The translations under genes were made by a program, and so were the position numbers. The notes beneath the pieces were generated by a model, which worked only from the letters and a program-made list of their open reading frames with translations, was not told the DNA's origin and searched no databases. A DNA stretch of 51,972 nucleotides, counting the filler, from Stramenopiles sp. TOSAG23-3 (taxonomy: Eukaryota): NCBI GenBank assembly GCA_900128585.1. It is 4 parts of 4 records of this genome, joined end to end, with 100 filler letters (N's around TTAATTAATTAA, not from the genome) between each part and the next. Parts side by side here need not be neighbours in the genome. Positions count along the whole stretch, not along the records: positions 1 to 23,888 come from LT642314.1; 3 more parts are not named here. One strand, given 5' to 3'. This document shows positions 1 to 10,200 of this stretch, in pieces; position 1 is the stretch's first letter, and each line of letters opens with the position of its first letter.

Positions 1-99
1 TTTTTACTATCCCGATTATGAGGTACTAATATTTTGTACTTAAAACTACCTATGTAAATCAACGGCTTTTTTATTTTGCGTGTGGGAAGGCTGATCTTA

Positions 100-235
100 T
101 TATTTTGGCTCAACAGCCAAATTTTCTTGTTTTTATGATAGACTATATATATGAGGAAGCTAAATTTAATTACTTAAATAACAGCCAATGTTTTGTTTTT
201 TTAAATAACAGCCAATTTTCTTGTTTTTAGACTAT
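100..235 (+). repeat. Terminal fragments of the dispersed repeat family
   Basis: GAAGCTAAATTTAATTACTTAAATAACAGCCAA and three AACAGCCAA..TTTT units; the same sequence occurs at 14765-14862. Confidence 0.8.
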
Positions 236-293
236 ATCTCATTTGTTTTTATTTATTTATTTTGATTTAACATGTTGTAGGACCCCCCCCTCT

Positions 294-2579
294 TTAACCG
301 AAGAGCATTTCTACCACCCTTCTTACCTGTATTTTCTGCACTTCCGAAGCCGGCGAGTCGCTGTCCTCGTTGTTCATTCTGGTGTCGTGGTAAGCCTTGA
401 CGTGTGCCATGGCATGCTCGCCGCTCAACGAGTATACCTTTGCCAACAAGCACGCGGCAACCGTTCCCGCTCTTCCGTGTCCTCCGTAGCAATGAATGTA
501 GATGGTCTCTTTCTCGAGGAACTTTTCGTACAGGTCAACGACGAGGTCCAGCAATTCCTTGTCTTTCAGAATTGAACCATCTAGCACGGGGTGCCGTTGA
601 AACGACGGGGCCGAGTCACTTGACCAGACCTTTTTGAACAGTGTTTGGTACATTGGCTTGAACTTCAACGACTCGTTCTTCTGTTGCATTGATACAAATC
701 TTGTTACCCCGGACTCCTTGAACACTTGCAGCTCTTTCAAAGCACGCTTCTTGCTGTACGCTTGAAACCCGTCACAGGGGCTCTCGGGGTCCTTCAAGCA
801 ATGTGTGCCCGGGGCAGAGCCAACCAGGATTCGGCCTTTGACCAGCCAGTTGCTTGTTGGTGTGGGTCCTTTCATCAACCGCAAGATGGTCGCCTGGCTT
901 TCTTCCTCTAAGCGTGGCAGGTTTGGCAAGAACCCATCCCCAAAGGACATGCCCCGTTCAAAGTTCTCGTGAGCGTGCGACCGCCGCTTCTGCTTCGGCG
1001 CCAACACAGACATGGACTGGGACCTTGCGATTGTCCCACTTGTAGGCCCATCGCCGTACTTTTCTTCAAAGTGCGCCATCCCCAACTTCACTTTCTCTCG
1101 CTGAATGGCCATCCTCTTCTTTGCCAATTTCATTCGAAGCAAACTTTGGATTTTCACTGCAGCCGCCAGCCTCCGCTGCGCATCCATTCGAACGAGCTTT
1201 GCCCGCGCATGCTTCTGAATGGCAATGGCCGCTTTTCTTCTTATCTTGATGGCCATGCGCCGCGCATTAATTTTTGCAATCGCCAAGTCCCCGAAGCTCA
1301 AGGACGTGATTGCCATTTTTAGCTCTGCCTCCGACACTTGCGTGCTGACCCGCTCGACTTTGGGCAAAGCTCTCCCCGCACGACAGTCTTGAAACCATGG
1401 GTCGTTGCATGCCTCCTCCGCCGTTAATCTCGTCTTTGGGTTCCTGTCCAGCAGACGGCGTAGAAAGCTTGAGAGTTCCCTGGAAACGTTCGTGGTGAAG
1501 TCTAGCCCATCCTGGTCTACGTTGGCGTTGGCAATCATTCGCAAACATTCTATTCTGTTCGCATTCATGTACGGGCAGTTACCACGAAGCATCTTGTAAA
1601 TCAGCACTCCAAGTGCCCACATATCCGCGGGTGCGCCGTGGAAGGAGTGAGACTTTCGTTTCCGCCGCTTGCTCTCACCGCGACTACCGTACTTTGACGC
1701 GACGATTTCGGGAGCAAAGTAGACGGGCGTTCCCATGGCCTTTTTTAGCTTGTCGCCCTTGCTCTTAGAAGGTAGGAGCTGGGCCATCGTTTCGTCGTTT
1801 TCAGATTCCAGGGGCGGGTCCATGTCCCAGATGTGAGACATTCCAAAGTCAATGATGGCAACGCGGGGGGGATTTTCGGCAGTCTTCAAAACATTTTCCG
1901 TCTTCAAGTCGCGGTGCACGACGTTGTTCGCGTGGCAGTACCGCAAGGCGTCGCAAACGGAGAAGCACCAACTTTTAATCTCGTCTTCCCGCCTTGTTGC
2001 GGTCGTGGAGTATGAATCGCCCAGATCACCGCCCCCGAAGTGTTCCAAGATTAAGTACAGTTTGTTGTGCTCTGGATCATCGATAACTTCGTACAGCTTT
2101 CCAATGCATGGGTGCTGGAGCCGCTTCAAAACAATGATCTCCCGCCTGAAGCCATCTTTCAGGTACGACGATTCAAAGTTTCTGCTGATTTTCTGAAGCA
2201 ACTTCTTGCTGACCTCCTTAATTGCTACCATCCGGGACTTGTCCATGTCTTCGCACAAGTACACCCGACTTGAAGTTCCGGTTCCAATTGGAAATTTGCT
2301 CGTGTACCGGTACTGGTTCAGTACCCTTGGCTCGTTCGATTTCTTGGGCGTTGCGACGACCTGGACAGTTTCCTTAACAAGTTCGTCGACGTTTGCGCCC
2401 TCCTCCTGGTCAGGATCTTCTAAACCGATCACTGGCCGCGGTTTTCTGTTCGCAGGTGTATGTTTCTTTTCCCCCACCCCCGCCCTCTTTCGCTTTGCCT
2501 TTGTCGGTGTTAAATAAATCTTCATTTTCCGTGCACCGCTGTTCATCCGGACTGACGCTGCGGACACCGCGCTCCCCAT
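294..2579 (-). CDS. CAMKK-like Ser/Thr protein kinase fused to IQ motifs and a C-terminal CX5R (PTP/dual-specificity) phosphatase
   Basis: Kinase motifs IGTGTSSRV, VAIK, LYEVIDDP, HRDLKTEN, DFG, GTPVYFAPE and DMWALG. IQ-like IQKHARAKLVR and IQSLLRMKLAK. Phosphatase P-loop IHCYGGHGRAG. The track starts at a TTG (2591); the first ATG is at 2579 and gives MGSAVS. Confidence 0.9.
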   Translation of the reverse strand: MGSAVSAASVRMNSGARKMKIYLTPTKAKRKRAGVGEKKHTPANRKPRPVIGLEDPDQEEGANVDELVKETVQVVATPKKSNEPRVLNQYRYTSKFPIGTGTSSRVYLCEDMDKSRMVAIKEVSKKLLQKISRNFESSYLKDGFRREIIVLKRLQHPCIGKLYEVIDDPEHNKLYLILEHFGGGDLGDSYSTTATRREDEIKSWCFSVCDALRYCHANNVVHRDLKTENVLKTAENPPRVAIIDFGMSHIWDMDPPLESENDETMAQLLPSKSKGDKLKKAMGTPVYFAPEIVASKYGSRGESKRRKRKSHSFHGAPADMWALGVLIYKMLRGNCPYMNANRIECLRMIANANVDQDGLDFTTNVSRELSSFLRRLLDRNPKTRLTAEEACNDPWFQDCRAGRALPKVERVSTQVSEAELKMAITSLSFGDLAIAKINARRMAIKIRRKAAIAIQKHARAKLVRMDAQRRLAAAVKIQSLLRMKLAKKRMAIQREKVKLGMAHFEEKYGDGPTSGTIARSQSMSVLAPKQKRRSHAHENFERGMSFGDGFLPNLPRLEEESQATILRLMKGPTPTSNWLVKGRILVGSAPGTHCLKDPESPCDGFQAYSKKRALKELQVFKESGVTRFVSMQQKNESLKFKPMYQTLFKKVWSSDSAPSFQRHPVLDGSILKDKELLDLVVDLYEKFLEKETIYIHCYGGHGRAGTVAACLLAKVYSLSGEHAMAHVKAYHDTRMNNEDSDSPASEVQKIQVRRVVEMLFG

Positions 2580-3316
2580 TGGGCAACCCAATCCTCTTTT
2601 TGGTATATATATATAATGGCAGCTTTCAATCCCCTAACCGTAATCGTTTTAATTTCAAACCACCACAACTGTTCGTTTCTTTCTTTTTCTTTAATCATTC
2701 GAAGAATTCCATCAAAACGATTCATCGATTCCTATTCATTCAAGCAATGAATAACAATATAATGACCGTTACAAATTCAAAATATGAAACAAATGTGACA
2801 AAGTTGGAACATTTATATATGCAACGCAATGGCGGTACCGGTACCGTACCAGGTACGGTATTTTAAAACCAGGTTCCTGTACCGGTACTGTGATGCATAA
2901 AAAAATGAATAATTGAATCTCTCTTATTTTCAATAAATGTATGCTGTGATAATGTAAAAAATAATTATGTTTTGGTTAATCTCTACTAATTAGACTATAA
3001 TAATATACGTCATTTAAGTATAAATATTATTAATACGTAGACCTATTTATTATTTATTATAATCTCAAAGTTTGGCATTTGTGTTGCATTTTCAAAAAAC
3101 GAAGAAGAATATAAAAAAAACAAATTACTTACGCTTATGCTCTTAAGACTCTCGTTTACTATTAAATTTAATATCGATTGAACAAAAATCATCCATCAAA
3201 TTTTCGTTTTGTTTTCTTTTCTTTTGTAGAAATTTAAATAGATATAGTCAAGGATATACACAATTTGGGTTTAGAAAAGTGAGATATAAAACCGTCCAGA
3301 AAAAAGTAAAAGCAGT

Positions 3317-3469
3317 ATGGGAATTTGCGCGAGCTCGGAAACTCTTCATGACACTGGCGCATTTAGCGCTGACGCGGGTGGTGTCAATACGGTGGGTGGC
3401 GACGCGGCAGCGGCTATGTTAGGCGTAACCCTTTGGCGTCAAAAAATGATTTGTACCTCAAATTTCTAG
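3317..3469 (+). CDS. Candidate 50-aa small protein with dual-acylation N-terminus (MGICASSETLHDTGAF...MICTSNF)
   Basis: Hand-translated from ATG 3317 to TAG 3467-3469. It is a GC-richer island next to an AT-rich spacer, has an MGxCxS motif, and is below the ORF-track length cutoff. Confidence 0.4.
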   Translation: MGICASSETLHDTGAFSADAGGVNTVGGDAAAAMLGVTLWRQKMICTSNF

Positions 3470-3471
3470 GT

Positions 3472-4267
3472 CTACTGCTGTTTGCACGACGACTGGTCTA
3501 TTTGTCCATCCTTTTTCGGGGCTTTGGCCCTTGCTAACCTAGCGTGCTCTTCAGCGATACGAATTTTTTGAGGTTTCGCATACCTTGGGATTGAGGTGGG
3601 TGAAAGCGGTTAGTGGTGTGTTTTGAACTTTGACTTGAGGAAAGCGTTCTACTTACATAATTATGAGCGCATTGTTTTCGTGGTAATACGAAATATCCGA
3701 CTTATCTAGTGGTATTTCAAACCGTTTGAGCGCTGGAATATCGAAGCGTTTAAAGTATTTTTTGTTTGTTGTTCGCAAAACGATTTGATCGCGGTCACTG
3801 TCGACGGTGACCTGGTACACTTCTCTTGGATAAGGGATATTCCGAACACGGAACTGGAATGCCTCCCTTGTGTCACGCGGAATAAAAACTGGGTTGCGGC
3901 TGCTAACTGCAAGCCCGACGGCTGCACTCTGTCGGGGATTTCCTTCGCCGATCTCGATAGAATACGGAGAAAAGCCTCCTAGCGTTCTCATTTGTCTCCA
4001 CTTCCGAAGCAAAAGTCTGCAACATAGAAGAAAGTTAGTCGTCACTTTGTTGCTGTTGTTGTGAAAACTGCCCGTTGAAAATACTTACTCGTCCGTTTTT
4101 ACATCGTACTCTTCTGTTTTTTCGCATTCAACGACGCCACTGTAGACAGTTTTTACTCTTAACCTGCCACTTACCACTAAAGCTGTTTGGGTCCCCTCCC
4201 CAAGGGCTTCATTGGACAGCCGCATAGCGTCAAGTTTTTCTCGTGCCTGCGCAGACATAAAAGCCAT
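3472..4267 (-). CDS. DPCD: DPCD (deleted in primary ciliary dyskinesia) homolog, 3 exons: 4267-4089, 4016-3657, 3583-3472
   Basis: Motifs EEYDVKTDE-LLLRKWR, NPVFIPRDTREAFQFRVRNIPYP, LRTTNKKYFKRFDIP and C-terminal YAKP...CKQQ match DPCD as I recall it. Two GTAAGT..AG introns (4088-4017, 3656-3584) join the pieces in frame. Confidence 0.92.
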
Positions 4268-5563
4268 TGCGAAACTGTATGTCTTGAATTTGGTATTCTT
4301 CGTATAAAACTGTTTTTCTGAACCTTGGGGTAGAACATATATTCTTTGGTATTTTCAATAATAAACGGATCTCTTTTCGTGAACGTATGTTATAGGTACC
4401 GGTATCTATTAAATTGAAAGAAGAATTATGTTTTTATATATATATATGTATAGTATTTATAATTTTTTTTCGAATAATTTTTTTTTCGAATAATTATTTG
4501 TTTTTCTTTTTTTCTTCTTTTTTTTTCTTTCTTCTTCTTCTCAGAAAGAAAGAAAGAAAGAAAGTATTATGTCCATTATGGGGTACGGGGGGGGGGGGGG
4601 GGGNNNNNNNNNNNNNNNNNNNNNNNNNNNNNNNNNNNNNNNNNNNNNNNNNNNNNNNNNNNNNNNNNNNNNNNNNGGGGGGGGGGGGGGGGGGGGGGGG
4701 GGGTATTATATTATTATACAGAGAGAGAAGAAGAAAGAAAAATGATTTTTATAAAATGTGACATTCATTTTTTTATTATTTTTTAAAAGCGTAATAATAT
4801 CTAAGATATAAGTGGATAAGTCTATATAATGTACATACTACTAATTAATATGATGTATAAATATAATAAAAGTTGTCGTCTAAATACTAACTAGTCTAGT
4901 TAATTCCTACGAGGAGAAAAAGAACGTTAGTATAGTTTTCATTTTCAGCACAGGAAAGGACTCTATAATATTTATTTTCAATACTGTGTAGTTATAGTTG
5001 AATAAATTTTATTTTTTGAAAAGGTGAAATTGTGTTCCAATAAATAATTAAATAGGGGATATTCGTACTTTTAAAAACAAAAGGAAATATGAAATAATTA
5101 AGGATACAATATATAATTATATTTCATATTATAATATAACTAATGTATTAAATATGATGTTACATATTTATAAACACCTTAATTAATAGAAGGGTCAATC
5201 AATATTCTTCGCTATTATACCCACTCCTAGAAAAACATCTTCTTTTTCTACATAACAGGGCAATACGGGGTCGGGTGTGATGCGAGAAGATGAAAATCGA
5301 CGACGATGGTGGAGGATGATGATGATGAATGACGACACGACGAGAGGAGACAGACTGCCACCACGAAGAAACAAAAGACGTTGTTTCTTTTACGTTTTCC
5401 ATCCCATGTACAAAAATTTAATAAACGCACACTCTGAAATTAATTCATTAGAATACAACCAACGAAATTATAAAAATCGAATTGAAACAAAAACGTGCAA
5501 GGAAAGAACGACACGAACACCGTGAAGTCGTAAGTTTATGCAATTGTTAGACACGCTCACGTA

Positions 5564-7813
5564 ATGGCAACCAAAGCGAACGCTCAGATTTCTGAGGGGA
5601 CGAAGCTGCTGCAGAAGAAAGAGTACCATGCGGCGTTTGCAGTTTTGGAGTGTGTGTCCCAGACCTACCCGATGTCATCTGCATCGGAACGGGCTCAACA
5701 GTATGCAAAGAAAGCCCTTGGTCACTTGTCGAGTGATCCTTACGCAGCGTTGAATATTTCTAGGAGAAGTAACCGGGCGACTGTTAAAAAGAGCTATCGA
5801 AAGCTAGCTTTAAAGTACCATCCTGATAAAAATGCACACACCTCGGACCTCTTTAAGGTAATCAACGAAGCCTATGACAAACTGAAAGACAAACCGACAC
5901 CAAAAAAGGCACAAGCGTTTACCCAGAGCAGCGCGGCGACTCCGCCACAGAAACAGCACCACAGGCGTCGCAAGCACAAAAAGCACGAGAGCAAGACCAA
6001 CGCTTCCAACAAAGGCTACAACACCGCGTTTAAGAAAGCAGCATATGAAAGGTTTGTGAAGCAGCAGCAACAAGAGCGGGAACGCCAGCAGGACGGGCGC
6101 GGGTATGATTATGGGCCGAAATCGGCGCGAGCATCTTCGGGTACTTCCTCTGCCCCTAAGCGTAGCTTTTTTCGCCCTGCAAACGAGCGATCGTATGGAA
6201 GTTCTACATCATCCTACGGCAACCCAAAGCCTCCACCCCGTCAACGAGCCTCCAGCACGTCCTGGGCGCGCAATCAGCCCGGGTTTCCGGAAAGACAAGG
6301 CGATGCTCCAAAGTCTGCTCGAGGGGAAGCTGAGAAGTGGAAAAACGCGAAATACCCATATTCGCAGAAACACAACGAAAAGCAGCGCTCAAAGCCAACA
6401 CCAACACCGGACGAGGAAACGAAGGCTGACGAGTACTACCGACAGGCCGAAGAAGCAATGCAAAATTTTTGGAAAACGGGTGTCTTCCCTTTTGAGTTTG
6501 CAAAAAATGCTCCGACAGCAGCTGCAGAAATGTTCGCCAAGATGTTCCAAAACCAACCATCGGCTCAAAGACAGGCGTTTGAGAAAATGTTTAGTGACAA
6601 GTTTACAGGAGCGGGTAGGGAACACCATCAAGGGGGGGCGTGGGGGGCATCAGGCTCAGCGAAAAACAATAGTTCAAAAACTCACCAACGGCGCCCTGCC
6701 CCTACCACAGAGATACCAAAACATGGAATGCCGACTCCACGTGTTACAGGTCTAAGAATACACGAGGTGTCGGATGTTTCGGTAGTTTTAACGTGGAATA
6801 CTGTTGTCCAAGGGATCAGCGCCGGCTTAACCGATGTGCTGTACGAGCTCCAGTTCAAAGAATTTAGTGCTGCGCATTGGCAAGTAAGTTCGGAGACAAT
6901 TAGGACTACGACTGTAAGAAAGAAAGGTTTGAAACCAGGGAAGAGGTACGAGTTCCGTGTTCGTGCCCGGGCATCGCGAAAGGAAGGGGCTTGGAGCCAG
7001 ACGATAGCATCCAGAACTGAAAGCGGCACCCCCAGCGCGCCGCATATAAGTAAACTCATCGAAGTGGCGTCTACCAGCGTAAGGATTGTTTGGAATGAGC
7101 CAGAGTGCAACGGGGCTGCTGTCAGGCAGTACGAGCTGCAATGGAGGCATTCTGGTAGCACGTTCTGGCAGACGGCAAGCGCTACTTTGAAAGGAACGGA
7201 TTGCAGAAAGAAAAATCTGTTACCGTCGAGACGATACGAGTTCCGAATACGTGCAATGAATCGAGTTGGGTGGTCAGAATGGAGTTGCTCTAGAATTTGC
7301 ACCACCGATGCGCGTCCAATATCTCCGAAAGTAGTGAAGGAAGAGAAGACAGAGAGTGCCCCGAAAGAAGCCCACAAAGATGCGGAGGAAAAGAAACCGG
7401 AGCCAAAAAACAAACCAGAACTAAAAAAGGCCAAACAGCCTACAGAGTATTATGAAATGTATGACGCTGGGGGAAACTTGTACTACTGGAACGAACTTAA
7501 TGGGTCTAGCTGGACACCCCCAATTTGGATAGACAGGTATGATGAAAATCTGAACATTTATTATGAGCACACAATCACCGGCCAAAGTTTGTGGAACAAG
7601 CCTAATGCGTTCATTCCTATAATTAGAAACCACGACAAATCGCCCGATGAGTTTGAGAGTTACGCCGAAGAAGAGGAAGGCGGCAAAAGCCCATTCGAAG
7701 ATATTTATAGTCCAGCATCAAAAGCTATGATGAGTGCAATTTACCCAGAAGCGCAAGGCAGAATTAACAGGAAGTCCCCGAATGTCAGCAGGGTGCAGTC
7801 GTCGCCAATATGA
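5564..7813 (+). CDS. J-domain protein with two fibronectin type III domains and C-terminal WW-like domains
   Basis: DPYAALNI...KKSYRKLALKYHPDKN...FKVINEAY (J domain, HPD intact). Two FN3 repeats (SVVLTW...LKPGKRYEFRVRA...GAWS; SVRIVW...LLPSRRYEFRIRAMNRVGWSEWS). GNLYYWN...SSWTPP and IYYEHTITGQSLWNKP are WW-like. Confidence 0.88.
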   Translation: MATKANAQISEGTKLLQKKEYHAAFAVLECVSQTYPMSSASERAQQYAKKALGHLSSDPYAALNISRRSNRATVKKSYRKLALKYHPDKNAHTSDLFKVINEAYDKLKDKPTPKKAQAFTQSSAATPPQKQHHRRRKHKKHESKTNASNKGYNTAFKKAAYERFVKQQQQERERQQDGRGYDYGPKSARASSGTSSAPKRSFFRPANERSYGSSTSSYGNPKPPPRQRASSTSWARNQPGFPERQGDAPKSARGEAEKWKNAKYPYSQKHNEKQRSKPTPTPDEETKADEYYRQAEEAMQNFWKTGVFPFEFAKNAPTAAAEMFAKMFQNQPSAQRQAFEKMFSDKFTGAGREHHQGGAWGASGSAKNNSSKTHQRRPAPTTEIPKHGMPTPRVTGLRIHEVSDVSVVLTWNTVVQGISAGLTDVLYELQFKEFSAAHWQVSSETIRTTTVRKKGLKPGKRYEFRVRARASRKEGAWSQTIASRTESGTPSAPHISKLIEVASTSVRIVWNEPECNGAAVRQYELQWRHSGSTFWQTASATLKGTDCRKKNLLPSRRYEFRIRAMNRVGWSEWSCSRICTTDARPISPKVVKEEKTESAPKEAHKDAEEKKPEPKNKPELKKAKQPTEYYEMYDAGGNLYYWNELNGSSWTPPIWIDRYDENLNIYYEHTITGQSLWNKPNAFIPIIRNHDKSPDEFESYAEEEEGGKSPFEDIYSPASKAMMSAIYPEAQGRINRKSPNVSRVQSSPI

Positions 7814-8230
7814 GCGAGGAAAGGTAAAATATGAAATTTGTACCTTTTTTTCGTTTTAGTACAAAGTTTTGGCAGAACGTTTTTACGAAGATGTACATTG
7901 TAGTAATCCTAAAATTCTCTTAGTATCATAACAATTTTGTCTGCTGCTCAATGAATTTGAATGCAAATCTAAAATAAGACACCTCGGTGTATGATGCTTT
8001 GCGGTATGAGTATAACTTTTTCGTCAAATTACCAAAATATAAGAAGAGTGTGTGAAAATGATCATATATGGAAATATGATATAAATTTGAAGAACAAACA
8101 TTTAAAAATACCTTCAAATAAATGATACACACTCTAAGAGAACGGGCGCCAAGGGTTACTCTTACGCCACCCAAGGGATCCTACTTCGAATTACACAATC
8201 CCTGAATCGAGCGACAACCGGCTAATGCTC

Positions 8231-8701
8231 TTACCGAAGACTCTTCGTTGTTTTTTTTGGCGGTGGTGCTGGGGCCGCTAAATCGGCCTCGGTGCCCCCT
8301 GCCCTTTTAATCATTTCGTATAGCTCGTTCCCGTTCCCTTTAAGGGCCGAACCTTTGTCTTGTGGTGGTATCATTTTCCCATAAACGGCCTCATCTCCCG
8401 GAGGAGGTGCGTCCGGCGGTGGTACTATTGAGTGTCCTTGATTCTCTATGCGCATCGCTGCGTGGTAGGAACGAGAGTACGCTGTTGGTGGTTTGAGGCC
8501 GTTGACCGTCATTAACGTGTGAGTATATTTCAGACCATGCACAGCAGCTGAGTTTGCCCACCATGGGGGGAAATTTCTATACCAGGAAGGCGGTGTCGAA
8601 AGCTTCGATAGGGGTTCGCTGGAACCCGCGTCCGAGTCAGGGGCCACACACACAGAAACTGCCAAAGTTTGACAGCAAAACAATGTATATAGAAGGCGCA
8701 T
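8231..8701 (-). CDS. Hypothetical small Pro-rich protein, probably secreted
   Basis: 156-aa ATG-initiated ORF with coding-like GC and a hydrophobic N-terminus (MRLLYTLFCCQTLAVSVCVA). No family recognised. Confidence 0.65.
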   Translation of the reverse strand: MRLLYTLFCCQTLAVSVCVAPDSDAGSSEPLSKLSTPPSWYRNFPPWWANSAAVHGLKYTHTLMTVNGLKPPTAYSRSYHAAMRIENQGHSIVPPPDAPPPGDEAVYGKMIPPQDKGSALKGNGNELYEMIKRAGGTEADLAAPAPPPKKTTKSLR

Positions 8702-9212
8702 TATTAGTTAAAAACGGCCTCCCACTTGGCTTTGTATCTCGGCAACAAACTCACACAAAGTATATATACAACGGCACGAAACTTGTCAAAACAAACAACC
8801 GTTTTATGTTTTAAAATGTGTATGCTGAATATGGTCCTGGGTGTTAACTTAGGATACATTGGAAATCGTCGCAACTAACCAGATTTACTGAGAACGTTTA
8901 AATTGATTGCATGCTGCAATTTTATTGGAAGATGATTATTGTTGAGATGTGGTGTGTGGTATTATTATTATTATAATAAAATTATTGACATAGTAATACT
9001 ATGCATGCTGCTGCATTCTTCCTCCGCCCTCCTTCTCCTCATCATCTTCATCTCGTTTTTCTTTCCCTTCTTCCTCGTATTTTGATTCGTGTTTTTAAGC
9101 GACGGCGGTGCGTCGTCTTCTTCGTACTTAAATTTCGTCATATTGGTACAGTTTATTTGTTTTTAAATAGGTATGGTTCCTACTGTAGTTCGGTCACGCT
9201 GTCTGCTTTGAG

Positions 9213-9284
9213 ATTTTTATTTTAATTAGGCATGCATGCACCGTGGCCATTTTTATTTTAATTAGGCATGCATGCACCGTGGCC
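9213..9284. repeat. Perfect 2 x 36-bp tandem duplication
   Basis: ATTTTTATTTTAATTAGGCATGCATGCACCGTGGCC at 9213-9248 and 9249-9284. Confidence 0.9.
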
Positions 9285-10200
9285 TTTTGGATAGTCTACG
9301 AGTGTGTCGTCTACTCTCGTCCTCCTCTTTTAGTCGTCTAACTATTTCCTTCTGTTTGAGCTCAAGATCATTCCTGTCTCGGTGAAGGTGAGTACCGTGC
9401 CCGTATTATTACCGTAGTAATAGCAATGCAATAAACAATAATTGCACAGTTCGTGAAGTTGCCAGTAGTTATTCTTTTTTTTTTTTGGCGTTTTTGATCT
9501 ACGAGGTAACCTCGTATCTGACAAAACAACATCGACCGCTAATAATAATAATATGAAACAAACATCAACATACTGTACCGTAGCATCTCAAACACGGTTT
9601 CTTTATCTTCCATAATAAAATTTTAATAGGAATATATAAATCAAATAAGTATAATTATATGTATAATAATATAATTAATAAATGTTCCTTCCTTCTCGAG
9701 AAAAGATGATTAAAACGGAATTATAATTTAATAATTAATAATTAATTATTCTTTTCTTTCGTCATTCTTCTTCTTCCAATAATTTTATTAAAGATAACAG
9801 GGTTACAGCACAGTATCAAATGAAAATTATATTTTTACAACGAACAAAAAAAAAAAGGAAGAATAAAAAAATAAAAATAAAAGGACCATCATCATGAATC
9901 AAAATAAAACCAAAAAAAAAAAACATAATACAGTACCGTACTACGACGGTAATACACCCTTCTTCTTTTTTTCTTCTCTCTCATCCTCCATCTTCTCCTC
10001 CTCCTACTTAGTACCTGGGGTTTCGCTTTTTTTTAAAGTGCAATCACTAAAGTTTGTTATATCAATATACAATGTACAATTGGAAAAGTTTAGGAAGGAA
10101 CGTTTCAACTTGATTTGCCAGTTCCATTAAATCAGGACCGTTAGTTGTCATAGAGGTAGTTGGGTGGAAGAATATATAGACGATCGAGAAGTGAAAATCG

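Noticed and set aside
4587-4703. Poly-G tract as a G-quadruplex element
   Set aside because: It flanks an assembly gap and cannot be told apart from a sequencing artifact.
4414-5525. Short ORFs in AT-rich spacers (also ~9000-10130, 31543-31779, 38093-38610, 44884-45090)
   Set aside because: Low-complexity F/K/I-rich or featureless translations, often with non-ATG starts and no motifs.
9281-9290. GGCCTTTTGG (U2-like); also AAGATTAGCAT near 45205 (U6-like)
   Set aside because: Matches of 10-11 nt only; the flanks diverge from snRNA sequence.
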